Origin: the human T2T-CHM13v2.0 reference genome, Homo sapiens
Length of the DNA: 64,000 nt
Strand: one strand, 5' to 3'
NCBI RefSeq assembly: GCF_009914755.1
Contig: NC_060934.1
In this document: piece after piece, positions 26,395 to 39,010 of the stretch
How positions within the stretch are numbered: the first letter of the stretch is position 1
Layout: the number at the start of each line of letters is the position of its first letter
The notes under the pieces: model-generated
What the model was told of the DNA's origin: nothing
The model's database searches: none
Seen by the model: the letters and a program-made list of their open reading frames with translations, nothing else
Position numbers and translations under genes: made by a program

Positions 26395-27700
26395 AATCTA
26401 ATTCAATCAGTATATACTGACAGCTATTAATTCACAGGTGTGGTGCTGGGGAGACAGAGAGAGGACACTAAATGTCATATCTCAGGGAGCTCATGCACCA
26501 TTAGTATAAGCAGACCTATTAATAGATCTAATAAAGTGTACATGCTATGATAAAGAGAGATGTAAAGTTGTATGGAATGAAAGAGGAAGGAAAATGCTAC
26601 TTGAGTGGGGACAGGAATGGGGGACTAGAAATTGAACAGCAAAAGCTTTAAGAGAAGATGATATTGGAGTTGTACATTAGCAAATGAGTAGACATTCACC
26701 AAGCAAAGGAGAAAATGGCATTCCAGACAAGAGAACAGGAGAAGCCAAGACATAGAGATGTCAACATCCAGCTATGTTTGAAGATGGGGAGTAGGGTACA
26801 TGATCAGGGGAGGGGCTTGCACCAAGGAGAAGGAAGATGGTAAGCAGGAGCAAATGCAAACAGCAAGGCTGGGGCATGACACAGAGATGTTGGAGTCACC
26901 TGAAGGCACCAGGACATCCCCTCGCCAGCCTCGGGGAACCCTCAAGGGAGAGTGAGCATCACATTGGCATGCTCCAGTCTGTGCTTTGAAAAGGGCACTT
27001 GTCTCTGTAAGACAAACTGGTGGCAGGGTGTTTCTGAAAGGTCATTGAGGAGACAAATAATCCAGGTGGGACCTGACGTGAACCTGCAGCCAGGCAAGGA
27101 AGAGGAAGGACACATCCCCCAGAGACGCTGAAGAACATGGAACTTAGACTAAACCTAGATGGTGAAAGGAGAGAGTCCTGCCAGCTTGAGAAAGGAATGC
27201 GCACAATTGGGAACTGCAGCCCACTATGGAGGCATGGGGGACACCAGGAGCTCCCAGTTGGAGAGGATGGCTTTAGAAGATAGGGGGACCATCCTGAAGG
27301 ACTGGGCAGTGGGCAGGAGGTCGGGGCTAGAGGCACTGCCTTTGGAATCAATGGGAGTGGGAGATAGGTCCCAGAGGAAGCCTAAAGAATCCAGACCCCA
27401 GGGCCAAGGACCAGGCACCCTGGCATCCACCCACACTTAGGAGGAAGGAAAGGCAGTGAAGGGGATTTGCCATTGGAGAGGTTGGGAGCACCAGGAAAAA
27501 GTTATCATGGGAGTCAGGGCAGGGGGCTCCTCAAGGGGAGCATGAACGGCAGCGTCAGATGACAAGGAGGAAGTAGATTGAGAAGAAAGCATTGGATTTG
27601 GCAAGAAAGTGGCCCTTTCTTTGGGTTGTCTGAAAGCAAAGGTCACGGAGAGGATGGGGTGACAGGAGAGAGGAATGGATGAAGAAGTGAGAGGGTAGCA
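26395..27700 (-). mobile_element. L2 fragments
   Basis: attcaatcagtatatactgacagctatt..gtggtgctggggagacagag..ggcattccagacaagagaacag. Confidence 0.6.
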
Positions 27701-28203
27701 GAGCCTACAGGTGTGTACGGTTTGGCTGCAAGATAAAGGAGAAAATTTGACTGGGAATGGATGGACGAACAGATAGCTAGAAAGACAGAGAAAATAGTTG
27801 GATTGACCTTTTAAAAAATGGTGGAGACATCAGAGCATATTGAGAGGTGGAAAGGAAGGAGTACACAGGGAAGGGCCTAGGAAAAATGGTAAAGACAAAG
27901 AAAATAATGAGGGACACAAAACCCTTGCATTCTGGAGGAGAAAGGCAGGAATAAATAGGGCCTAAGATACAGGTGAACAAATGGCTTTGGGGACAAAAAG
28001 ATAACCCTCTTTCTCAGAAACTGGGAGAAGGATGAAAAGACTGAGATACTGATCTGTGGATGTAAAGTTATGAGTAATTACTTGACTCTCCAATTTATTT
28101 TGAACCTGTTGTAAAATGCCCCAGATTTTATAGTTTTATCCTCAGGAAAATAGCCATAGACAACCTAAGGTAAACTGCGAATATCCAGCCATCCACAAGG
28201 TAT

Positions 28204-28820
28204 ATACCAAAACCTGGCAGAGACACAACAAAAAAAGAAAACTTCAGGCCAATATCCTTGATGAACATCAATGCAAAAATCCTCAAGAAAATACTGGCAA
28301 ACAGAATCCAGCAGCACATCGAAAAGCTTATCCACCACAATCAAGTAGGCTTCATCCCTGGGATGCAAAGTTGGTTCAACATATGCAAAACAATAGATGT
28401 GATTCATCACATCAACAGAACTGAGGACAAAAACCACATGATCATTTCAAAAGACGCAGAAAAGGCTTTTGATAAAATTCAACACCCCCTCATGTTAAAA
28501 ACTTTCAATAAACTAGGTATTGAAGGAACACACCTCAAAATAATAAGAGCCACCTATGACAAACCCACAGCCAACATAATGAATGGGCAAAAGCTGGAAG
28601 CATTCCCTTTGAAAACTAGCACAAGACAAGGATGCCCTCTCTCACCACTCCTATTCAGCATAGTATTGGAAGTTCTGGGCAGGGCAATCAGGCAAGAGAA
28701 AGTATTAAAGGGCATCCAAATACGAAGAGCAGAAATCAAACTATTCCCGTTAGCAGACAACATGATTCTATATCTATTTCTAGCAAACCCCATAGTTTCA
28801 GCCCAAAAGTTGCTTAAACT
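28204..28820 (+). mobile_element. L1 (L1PA/L1PB-type) internal ORF2 reverse-transcriptase fragment
   Basis: ORF 28258-28833: [19 protein letters not shown]...[11 protein letters not shown]...[11 protein letters not shown]...LADNM (catalytic FADD motif mutated). Confidence 0.97.
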
Positions 28821-29829
28821 TTTATTTCTCTAAAAGAAGAAATGTAACTTGTTATTTAAATACAAATGGTTTCAAAATTGTATAAAATTACTTCTTGTTG
28901 GAAAATAATTCCAATTATCCTGTAAAGTATCTGAGAGTGGTTTCTAAGAAAATCCTTTCCATGTCAACCTTAGTGTATCTATCTCAAATCAACTTTGCTA
29001 AAACATGAAGGCCATTGCTAGAAAATTGAAGGAGAATCAAATGCGTCCTTTACTTAAACATTGCTGCCTTTAGAGAGAGTCTGAAAATATCACTGCATAA
29101 AATGTTTATGTATAATATTAACTCTTCTCACCCTTTTCCTAGACAAAATAGTTTCGATTCCACTCAAGTGCAATGTCAACAAAACCAGCAACGAGGCAAA
29201 CTTCCCAGCAACAGAGCCACTAACCAAATTTCACTCATGTATCACAGTAGTAGCAGGAACTTGGAAACCCTTGTCCACTCAACAATTATTGTTAGATATT
29301 TAGGAGAGAGCCTGCCATCTGTGACGTATGGGCAATCCCAGCGCCCGGCTCAGTCCTGAGAAACTCATGTGCTTTCTGGCCCTGAGTCATAAGGACCCGA
29401 TGGCATTCCACAGCCAAAGAAAAGAGTGAATCATTTAAAACAGGGCTTGGCGTCAATCTTGAGACTAAGTCACCAACCAGGAATTCTTCGCTGTTATCTA
29501 GTTTTTGGTAATAGTAAAAATGTCAGCCATGAATAATGAACGTATGACTCTAAAAATACCTCTCAAATCAGCATGGTGGCAACAAACAGATAATACAGTC
29601 AGCACACAGTGGCCATAACTTCACCTCCTCCTCTGTCAAGCCACTCACTAAAACGCCAAGAAATAAAAACAAAGCCTGCCTCCTGGGATCCTGTGGCTCC
29701 ACGAGCCAATGACGGAGTAAGATGCTCTTTGAATTTCGTAATTTCTTCAAACCAAAGACTGGAGAATCAGAATGGTGTCTGTGGGCCGTGAAGGCAGTAG
29801 TGCTGTTGGAAGATTGCTGGAGAAGGTAT

Positions 29830-30010
29830 CAGATGTGGGTTCAAGTCTCTGGCCCTGCACCTGCTGGTGGCACAGCTCATTGCTGAAATTACTCGGGTGA
29901 CATGACTTCCTTCTCTAGGCCTCAGTGTCCTCATCTGCAGATTGAGTGTGGCAGTCATACCCCCTATGCATCACTGGGTAGTGGGAAGAATTAAAGGCCA
30001 TAATTCACGT
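29830..30010 (+). mobile_element. MIR
   Basis: gggttcaagtctctggc..ttctctaggcctcagtgtcctcatctgcaga. Confidence 0.7.
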
Positions 30011-30421
30011 ATTCTTTCCAGGGTGATGCCGACTTCACATGTCAGGAATTTGTCTAGGTACTCGGAATGAACAAATGAACTCGGAAATGAGCAAAACTTG
30101 CAAGGCCCCCGCCCCTGATATGAGAGCACTTAGCACAGAGCCTGGCATATAACAAACAACCATTTTTGTCTCTCCTTAGGCTTCTGACTCTCAACCAGGA
30201 CACACAACTGCCACTAAGTCATGGCTGGGCCCTCCCAAACACAGGCCTTGCCACCCCTCGAGGCAACGTGACTTTTGTTTTAGAGCTGATTGTGCTGCTT
30301 TGGCTTCTCACTGGTCTGTTCTCGTCCTTCGTGGCCAAACAGATGTCTCTGCCATGTGACAGGTTCATCAACAAGCAAACACATTTCAGTACTCTTGACA
30401 ATTATCGAATGCATACCATGA

Positions 30422-30774
<353 letters not shown>

Positions 30775-30789
30775 TTCGCAAGTATTTAC

Positions 30790-30900
30790 CTATTTCATTT
30801 CCAGAACCAACTATAGAGTAAAATTATTATCCTTACTTTACAGTTGGAGGAAACTGAGGCACAGAGAAATTAAGTACTCTACCTGAGGCCACACAGCTTA
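30790..30900 (-). mobile_element. MIR core
   Basis: ctttacagttggaggaaactgaggcacagagaaattaagt. Confidence 0.8.
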
Positions 30901-31186
30901 TGTTTCTCCTAAGTCTTGCCTCCTCTAGGCTAAAATGTTCTCATCCTCTCTTTCTAATTAACTCTGGAAGATATTTTTTATTCTGTAATCAATTTCCCCT
31001 ACTAAAATGTAGCCACACAGCTAATGGCCAATAGAATCCAATGCAAACACTCTACTCTCCACTACCTCTAGACCACAAAGAGGGCAGTCTAGGTGGGGGT
31101 TGGTGGTGATGGGGAGTGCATTTATGTCTGTGAGGGGAAGCAGAGGCCTTACAAATTAGCCAAAGTGCCTTAGAAAACCAACACCA

Positions 31187-31481
31187 GGCCGGGCGCCATG
31201 GCTCATGCCTGTAATCCCAGCACTTCGGGAGGCCGAGGCGGGAGGATCACGAGGTCAGGAGATCAAGACCATCCTGGCTAACACGGTGAAACCCGTCTCT
31301 AGTAAAAATACAAAAAATTAGCCGCGTGTGGTGGCGGGCGCCTGTGCCTGTAGTCTCAGCTACTTGGGAGGCTGAGGCAGGAGAATGGCGTCAACCCGGG
31401 AGGCGGAGCTTGCAGTGAGCCGAGATCACGCCACTGCACTCCAGTCTGCCAGACTCCGTCTCAAAAAAAAGAAAAACAAAA
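31187..31481 (+). mobile_element. AluY
   Basis: Y diagnostics (ggatcacgaggtcaggagatc, catcctggctaacacgg, gaatggcgt, gagcttgcag); TSD agaaaacc(a/g)acacca at 31172-31186 and 31482-31496; small 3' deletion. Confidence 0.96.
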
Positions 31482-32417
31482 AGAAAACCGACACCAGCAT
31501 GCAGCCCTTGCCTGCAATGTAATTTAAATTGCAGGAATTCTGATTTAGAATTCATGGCTGAATTTGCTTTTCTTCTTTTCTTGAGTTCATCTAGCACTTT
31601 GTTACATGCATAAGACATACAGACCCACTTCCCTGACTGCTCATTATTGGAGCACACACCATGGTCCTCTGTCAAGCTGCAAATTCCTTAAAGGGAGAAC
31701 TGGGTCTTAGTATCCTCACTACTTAGCACAGGGACTCATACACAATAAGCAGGCCACTGATAAACACTGGCTAGAAGAAAAAGAAAGGGGAAAGAAAAGG
31801 AGTCAGCAAAAATCTGGTGCATGGCTAGATTCCCCTTCCACCAAAGCAAGACTCCAACCCATCCGGGACTACCACAGAAAGCTGCAAGCCAGGGCATACC
31901 GACCACAAGGCCCTTCAAAGTCCTCGCATGAGGTTTCTTCCCCCAGCATAATCCCAGAGTATATAAACAGGGACTCAAGGACTCAATAAACCCAACAAAT
32001 ATCCCTCCAGAGCTGACACTCACTGGGGCCCACCTTTACTTAAATAAACTAACATTTATAGATAAGATTTGAGAACAAACAGTGCTCTCTAAGATAAACC
32101 ACTGGGGACAAACCAGGCTGACATTTTGTTCACATGTTTATTGGGAGGGAAGGAGTGTGTGAGCGTGTGTGTGTGTAGTCAAGTTTACCATATGCCTAAT
32201 AATGAACATTTTTAGGCAGGGAATATTCTGACCTGGCCCTGCTCGTTTATCGTATCTTAAGTTTCTCTCAAGCCTTTAAAAATAATTTTTAATCCATCAA
32301 GACTCTTACATGTAAACAACATTTTTCTGATTATTGTTTTGTGGCTTGGGGAATTAAAACAAGGAACCGCAATGGGGACAAAACACTTCTTGGGATTCTG
32401 AAGCCATCATTAGCTTT

Positions 32418-32634
32418 ACATTGTTAACCGAAATTTTTGTTGAGACCATTGTAGATTCACATGTGTTTATTAAGAAATAATACAGGGAAAATCTCTGTCC
32501 ACCTTGCCCAATTTCCTCCAGTGGAAAGATTTTGCAAGCCTCTAGTGTAATTTCACAACCAGGATATTGACACTGATACAGTCCAACAATCTTATTCATA
32601 TTTCTAATTTTTATCACACTCATTTATGTGTATG
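32418..32634 (-). mobile_element. L1MC/MD 3' end, 5'-truncated, TSD preserved
   Basis: gtagattcacatg..taagaaataatacagg..caaccaggatattgacactgataca; TSD catcattagcttt at 32405-32417 and 32635-32647. Confidence 0.88.
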
Positions 32635-32794
32635 CATCATTAGCTTTTTATTTGGAATAGTTTACATTATTGATCTGCTATCAGCCATTCCAATTTATAA
32701 TTGTTAATATGCAACGGCTGATTTTTCAGCTCTTATGATGTACTAGGCATGGTGCTAAGAACTTGACACACATGATGTTAATCAATCCCCATAA

Positions 32795-33090
32795 GATTCT
32801 TGCTTCTTTCTTCTGGGAATAGAAACTCTGCCTCTCTCACTGGCTCACATCAAAGTGGCTTGTTCTCCTCTGGCCAAGGGGTAGGAACATGACCAGATGA
32901 CACAAGGACAGTCCTTGGCAGACCCTGCTGAGCGTGTCCATCGGTTCTTTTTCCAAGATCCCCAAGTGGCCTGGTCCTCGACCTTTCTGAGACCTGGTTC
33001 GTTGTGCTTTCCTCCAGTTCCTTCCTAAACATTTCCTCTCTGCTTAAGTCAGCAGTGTGCATTTGTCTTGCCTGCAATCAAAGAAACCTG
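32795..33090 (+). mobile_element. Old MLT1 (J/K/L-like) LTR fragment
   Basis: taaacatttcctctctgcttaagtcagc..ttgtcttgcctgcaatcaaagaaacctg. Confidence 0.6.
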
Positions 33091-33174
33091 TCCAGAGAGT
33101 GGGTAGCATGTTATTATTCTTTATTTAGATGAGGAAGCAGGCTTAAAGAAGTTAAAGAACTTGCCCAAGGTCAC

Positions 33175-35351
33175 TGTCTTGGTCAAAATTCTCCAGAGAA
33201 ACAGAACCAATAGGATAGATGGATGGATGGATGGGATGGATGGGATGGACAGATGGAATCGATGCGATGGATGGGATGAATGGATGGGATGGACAGGATG
33301 GATAGATGGATGGATAGGATAGATGGGTGGGATGGATGGGATGGATGGATGAACGGACAGGATGGATAGGATGGATGGATGGATGGATAGATGAATGGAT
33401 GGGATGATGGGATGGATGGGATGGATAGGAAGGATGGGTGGATGGGATGGAGAGGATGGATGGGATGGATAGGATGGATGGATAGGATGGGATGGATGGC
33501 TAGGATGGATAGATTGGATGGATGGATGGGATGATGGGATGAATGGATTGGACGGATGGATGGGATGGATACATGAATTGATGGGATGATAAGATAGATG
33601 GATGAATGGATGGGATGGATAGGATGGATGGATGGGATGGATGGATGGGATGGATGGGATGAATGGATGGATGGATGGGATGGATAGGATGGATGGGATG
33701 GATGGATAGGATGGATGGATGGGATGATGGGATGGATAGAACGGATGGAGGGAGGGATGGATGGATGGATGAACGGGATGGATGGATGGATGATCAGGAT
33801 GGATGGATGGATGGGATGGATGGATGATGGATGGACGGGATGGATAAATGGATGGATTGGGTGGGATGGATAGATTGGATGGATGGATGGGATGGACGAT
33901 GGATGGGATGAATGGATTAGATGGATGGGATGGATGGATGGGATGGATGGATGGACAGGATGGATGGGTGGATGGATGGGATAGATGTGATGGGTGGGAT
34001 GGACACATGGGATGGATGTGATGGATGGGATGAATGGATGGGATGGACAGGATGGATGGATGGATGGATAGGATAGATGGGTGGGATGGATGGGATGGAT
34101 GGATGAATGGACAGGATGGATGGGATGGATGGATGAATGGACGGGATGGATAGGATGGATGGATAGATGAATGGATGGGATGGATGGGATGGATAGGAAG
34201 GATGGATGGATGGGATGGAGAGGATGGATGGGATGGATGGATAGGATGGATGGATAGGATGGGATGGATGGATATGATGGATAGATTGGATGGATGGATG
34301 GGATGATGGGATGAATGGATTGGATGGATGGATGGGATGGATACATGAATTGATGGGATGGATAGGATAGATGGATGAATGGGTGGGATGGATAGGACAG
34401 ATGGATGGATGGGATGGATGCAATGGATGGATGGGATGGATAGGATGGATGGATGGGATGGATAGGATGGATGGATGGGATGATGGGATGGATAGAATGG
34501 ATAGATGGTTGGATGAACAGGATTGATGGATGGATGGGATGGATAAATGGATGGATGGATTGGGTGGGATGGATAGATTGGATGGATGGATGAGATGGAT
34601 GATGGATGGGATGAATGGATTAGATGGATGGGATGGATTGGATGGATGGATGGGATGGATGGATGGACAGGATGGATGGGTGGATGGATGGGATGGATGG
34701 ATGATGGATGGACTCAATGGATGGGATGGATGAGATGGATGGATTAGATGGATGGATGGATTAGATGGATGGATTGGATTGATGGATGGGATGGATGTAT
34801 TGGAGAATGGATTAGATAGATGGATGGAATGGATGGGATGGATGGATGGATGGGAGAGGATTAATTATGGGAATTGGCTCATGCAGTTATGAAGAATAAG
34901 AAGGCCCATGATACGCTGTCTGCAAGCTGGAAAACTGGGGAAGTTGGTGGCATATCTCAGTCCAAGTTCAAAGGCCCGAACACCAAGGGAGCTGATGATG
35001 TAACTCTGTCTAAGGCCAAAGGTCTGAGGACCTGGGAGGCCAGAGTCTAAAGGCTGGAGACCTGGAGTTCTGATGTTCAACCAAGGGCAGGAGAAGATGA
35101 GTGTCCCAGCTCCAGAAGAGAAAGTGGGCAAATTCACTTTTCCTCTATTTTTGTTCTATCCAGGCCCTCAACTGACTGGATGGTGCCCACCCACATTGGG
35201 TTACGGGGGATCTTTCTTACTCAGTTCACCAATTCAAATGCTGATCTCTTCCAGAAACACCCTCCTCATGGATACATCCATACATAATGCTTTACCCGCT
35301 TTCTCGGTGTCTGTTAACCCAGTCAAGTTGACACCTAAATTAACCACCACA
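33175..35351 (-). mobile_element. MLT2B-like solo LTR (ERVL) containing an expanded GGAT array; inserted into a MIR
   Basis: tgtcttggtc..ttctccagagaaacagaaccaatagga [repeat] ggaattggctcatgcagttatg...cagtcaagttgacacctaaattaaccaccaca; 5-bp TSD GTCAC at 33170-33174 and 35352-35356. The flanks rejoin to the MIR core ttgcccaaggtcacacagct. Confidence 0.93.
33213..34855. repeat. Complex (GGAT/GGGAT)n satellite-like array, ~1.64 kb
   Basis: Direct inspection. Confidence 0.98.
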
Positions 35352-36699
35352 GTCACACAGCTATGAAGTGGTAGAACAGGGACACTGAGCAGGTTGCCTG
35401 GGTGCAGAGCTGATGCCTTAGCCCTGGCATACTGCCTCCTGCTCCTTGTAGAAAGGGACAAAGGTGGCACTTGCAACTTCATGGTCTTCTTTGGAATTTC
35501 TCTGGATGATTTTTCAACCATGCTCTGATATGTGCTCTCGAAACCCTGAAGTGACGTTCTATTATAGCTACTGTCACATAACAGGACATACCTGTTTAGG
35601 ACTGTGGTTCACATTCCTGATGCCATTCCAGAAGGACTGTGCCAAAATATGCTTAGCACTCACTGATTTGAAGTATTCTTCCAAACCCACCCTTCCCTGA
35701 ACCTCTCCCTGCAGGGTCCAGCACAGGAAATGGTTTCTGACCACTCTTGACATTTACTGCAATTTTTTTTTTTAAGACCGAAAGCGTGAGCATGCATATA
35801 TTACACTTTCAAGTCACCATGATGCATTTCTCCAGCATTAGCTTGTGCTTTTACAACTGGTCTTCATCAAAGGTTTTTCATCTGCTCGCCAATGTGGCAT
35901 GTGTCCTAATGACTCATGATGAGGAGTCGTTCCTTTTAGCATGATTTATGCTCGCTTATCATTCTCTTCTTCTCCAGAGGGGAAAGCTGCTCTACTGAAT
36001 GAGCTCAGCCCACATAGAAATAGCCACTAAGCAGCTGTCTCTTCATGTTAAGAAAACTAGCTAATGGCAGTGTCCACGAATCATCCCACTTGAAGATTAG
36101 AACAAGACATCTGCTTCTCGTGTGGCAGAGCTTGGGCTAAGAGGGGGAACACCCACCCCCCAGAGAAAACCCTGCTCCTCTGACAGCTCCTGGACTCACT
36201 TTGCTTGAGCAGATCTTTGTGGGTTGGGTGGGGGGAGGGCTTCTGCTCTCCTCCTCATACTGTCCCACTCTTCCTCCCAGAGGGCTTGTAGGGACCAGGG
36301 CAGAGCCTGGGATAAGCAGGGAATGAGATGCGGTTCTTGCCTGGCCTGAGCTGGCACAGGCTCCATGAGAGAAGCCTCAAGGATGAGTGAGGTGAGCCCT
36401 AAGCCCTCCCCGTTTCTCTTCACTGGCAGGCCTGCCATGCCCCATCCTGTACCTGGAGTTGAGCAATTACAGCACAGGATGCTGAAGGCCAGACTTCCAG
36501 GGCGCTATGTCTCTGCCGGCTCACCCAGCCCAGTGCTATCTTCAGTCAGAGCCATTCAGTGGCCATCCTCCAAGGTCCTATGGCCCCTCTGCTACCCTTC
36601 CCCAGTCCCCTCCTGGGCAGCACTGTCCATCTTCCCAGCTCATCCCTTCCTTTCCCTTGGGAGGCTCCGGAGGTGTGTTCAGCTCTCAGCCATTAGAAC

Positions 36700-36900
36700 A
36701 GGTTTGTAGCTTGGGGTCTGCAGGCAGCCTCCCTGGGTCTGCAGCCAGCTCTGGCACCTATCAGCTGCGTGACCTGGTGGGAGTCATTTGATAGGGCTGT
36801 GCCTCAGTTTCCTTGGCTGGAAGACAAGGACAGTAATGGCACATACCTTATAGGGTTGATGTGAGGAATAAACAAGATAATGCAGGTGAAAATGCCAAGC
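36700..36900 (+). mobile_element. MIR
   Basis: ctgtgcctcagtttccttggctgg..atagggttgatgtgaggaataaacaagataatgca. Confidence 0.75.
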
Positions 36901-38580
36901 GCAAGTCATGTGCTCCCTCTGTGTCAGCTGTCGGCATTGTCACTGGCTCCAGGAAGAACCTGCGGTCTGGTCAGCTTCACCCCAGCAAGAGCAACTGACA
37001 AAACTTCCTTCTCAGGATGCAGTCTTGGCCTCTTCCCCTGCGGATGCTCTCCTCATCTCCTCTTGCCTTGCTCACAGAGTCCACCTGCACAGGTGTGTTA
37101 CTCAGCGTCAATTCCACACCCGGTCCAGGCGGGAGGCCCTTTCCTTGGCCCTCCTGAACTGCTGTTCTTCCTTCCTTCCTTCCCTAGGATCCAGAGCATC
37201 CATGGAGCCACCACCGTAGTGAGGACAAAGGCCACTGACCACTCTGCTCACATGCTCCCAGGCCTCCTCTGAACTGTGCAACAGTCGCCATCGCTGGGGA
37301 GGCCCCTCTGTTTTGCAGGGGTTTCTTCACCTGTTCAGAAATTGCTTCAAGACAATAGGACTTAAGAGTGTACTGACAGCCTGGAACTGTCATTAGAACC
37401 ATTAAAACGTCATCTCTCTTGACATAAACCATAATTAAGACAATTAGGGCACCATCTCTCTTCCCTGACATCAGTCCCCCTTTACAAACCACAGAAGTCT
37501 CATGTTCTGGCCATAGTTCGCCCCGGTCACCAGCCCCCGGTGGCATTTGGACAGGGGCCACCCTCGGAGCACGGCTTTCCTGCACCCGAAGTGGGGTCAG
37601 CTTGGACAGCTTTGGGGCATTCCTGTCGTGAGCCCATCTGCTGACTTGTCCTGCAATGCCACCCTCTGTGGGTTCCACACTAGCAGTCCCAGCTCCCAGT
37701 GGTGTCGCCGGCCAGCTGGCACTCAGGCTGATGTCAGGTGGTGATAAGTACAGGTTTCTTCCTGTCTTCCTTTTGCTACACTCAATGAAAGTTTGTGAGG
37801 CCTGAGAACTGAACAGACTCAGGTTTTGACTTACTTTGGGAAGTAAGAAACTGCTCCTTTTTTACCTCAAAAAGAAGCCTCAGGTGTGTGGCAATCTCAG
37901 ATGGTGTCCCGAGTCCAGCTCTCGTTCGCATTCAGTCCCAGCTTCCTCCCCACGGCTCCACCTCACACACTCACCCTTAGAACGCAGCCCCTTCATGGCA
38001 GGAGGACTAGGAGGGTCCAATAAGGCAGTTTAAACATTGATGATGTCATCATGGCCATACTATTAAATTTTGTAAAAAGCAAACAGCAAAGGTTTCCAGG
38101 AAAACTGATTTTTAAATCCTAGCATTAAACAAAATAGTACAACCTCGCTTTATACTAATATCAAAACACACTTCCTCCTGCCCACGGAGGGTCCCTCCTG
38201 ATGGGGACTTCGTCTTACCTTTCTTTGAATCCCCAACAAAGCACCTGGCTCCATGAGGGTTGTCTCCAGGACAACTGAATGATACTCTGAAGGGGGGATG
38301 GCAAAGCTAACTGGCCCCATTGCAGCTAGTCTCAGAGATGTCTGCACAGAGGCAGCAGACAGCCGAGGCACACGCCTGGTCATTATGGTGTTATCCTTCC
38401 CTCGCCTCTACCGGAGCCAGATCCAGCTAGTGCAGGCTGTCCAAGGGCCTTCGGCATCAGGAACGGTGCAGGGAAGGAGGTGGGTGCCCATGGGCATCTC
38501 GTCAGGGCACTTACCACCCAGCCAAAGGAATATCTTCACTCGCCCACCACGGCTGGCAGTTAGGACCAGCCAAGTCTGCC

Positions 38581-38738
38581 ACGGTGGTGCTCAACCCTGT
38601 TGCTTCTGCAGATCACCTGGGACACTTAAGAAAAATACTGATGTCCAGGTAAAAGTAAATCAAATCACCCCCCTACCTGGCAACTTTGGTTTTTGCTCCA
38701 GGTGATTCTAATGTCCAAGCAGAACGAAAGCCATTGGT
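38581..38738. mobile_element. MER5-family fragment
   Basis: gtggtgctcaaccctg..atcacctggg..aaaatactgatg..ctccaggtgattctaatgt. Confidence 0.75.
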
Positions 38739-38839
38739 CTAAGATCTACCAATCACATTGTATGAATGAACGCTTAGTTTGTGAATGAATGGGTAAACAT
38801 GAATGCAGAGTCCTATGGCTCTGTAACAGTAGAAGGCCA

Positions 38840-39010
38840 ATGTATTAGGAAACAACTCTGGGTTTATGACCTGGACCCTTTGTTTTAGTTTCTAACTCTA
38901 CCAACAACTACGGGATCTTGGGCAAGTGTCTAAACCTCCCTGCTCTTCCAGTCTCCATCTGTAAAATGGGTGACGTGGACACAGTGATCTCTGAGGTCCC
39001 TTCATTCCCT
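38840..39010 (+). mobile_element. MIR3/MIR
   Basis: atcttgggcaagt..ccatctgtaaaatggg..gatctctgaggtcccttc. Confidence 0.75.

Noticed and set aside
33121-34733. Long 266-387-aa H/P/S/I-rich ORFs
   Set aside because: Translations of the GGAT array, whose CCAT strand lacks stop codons; no coding evidence.
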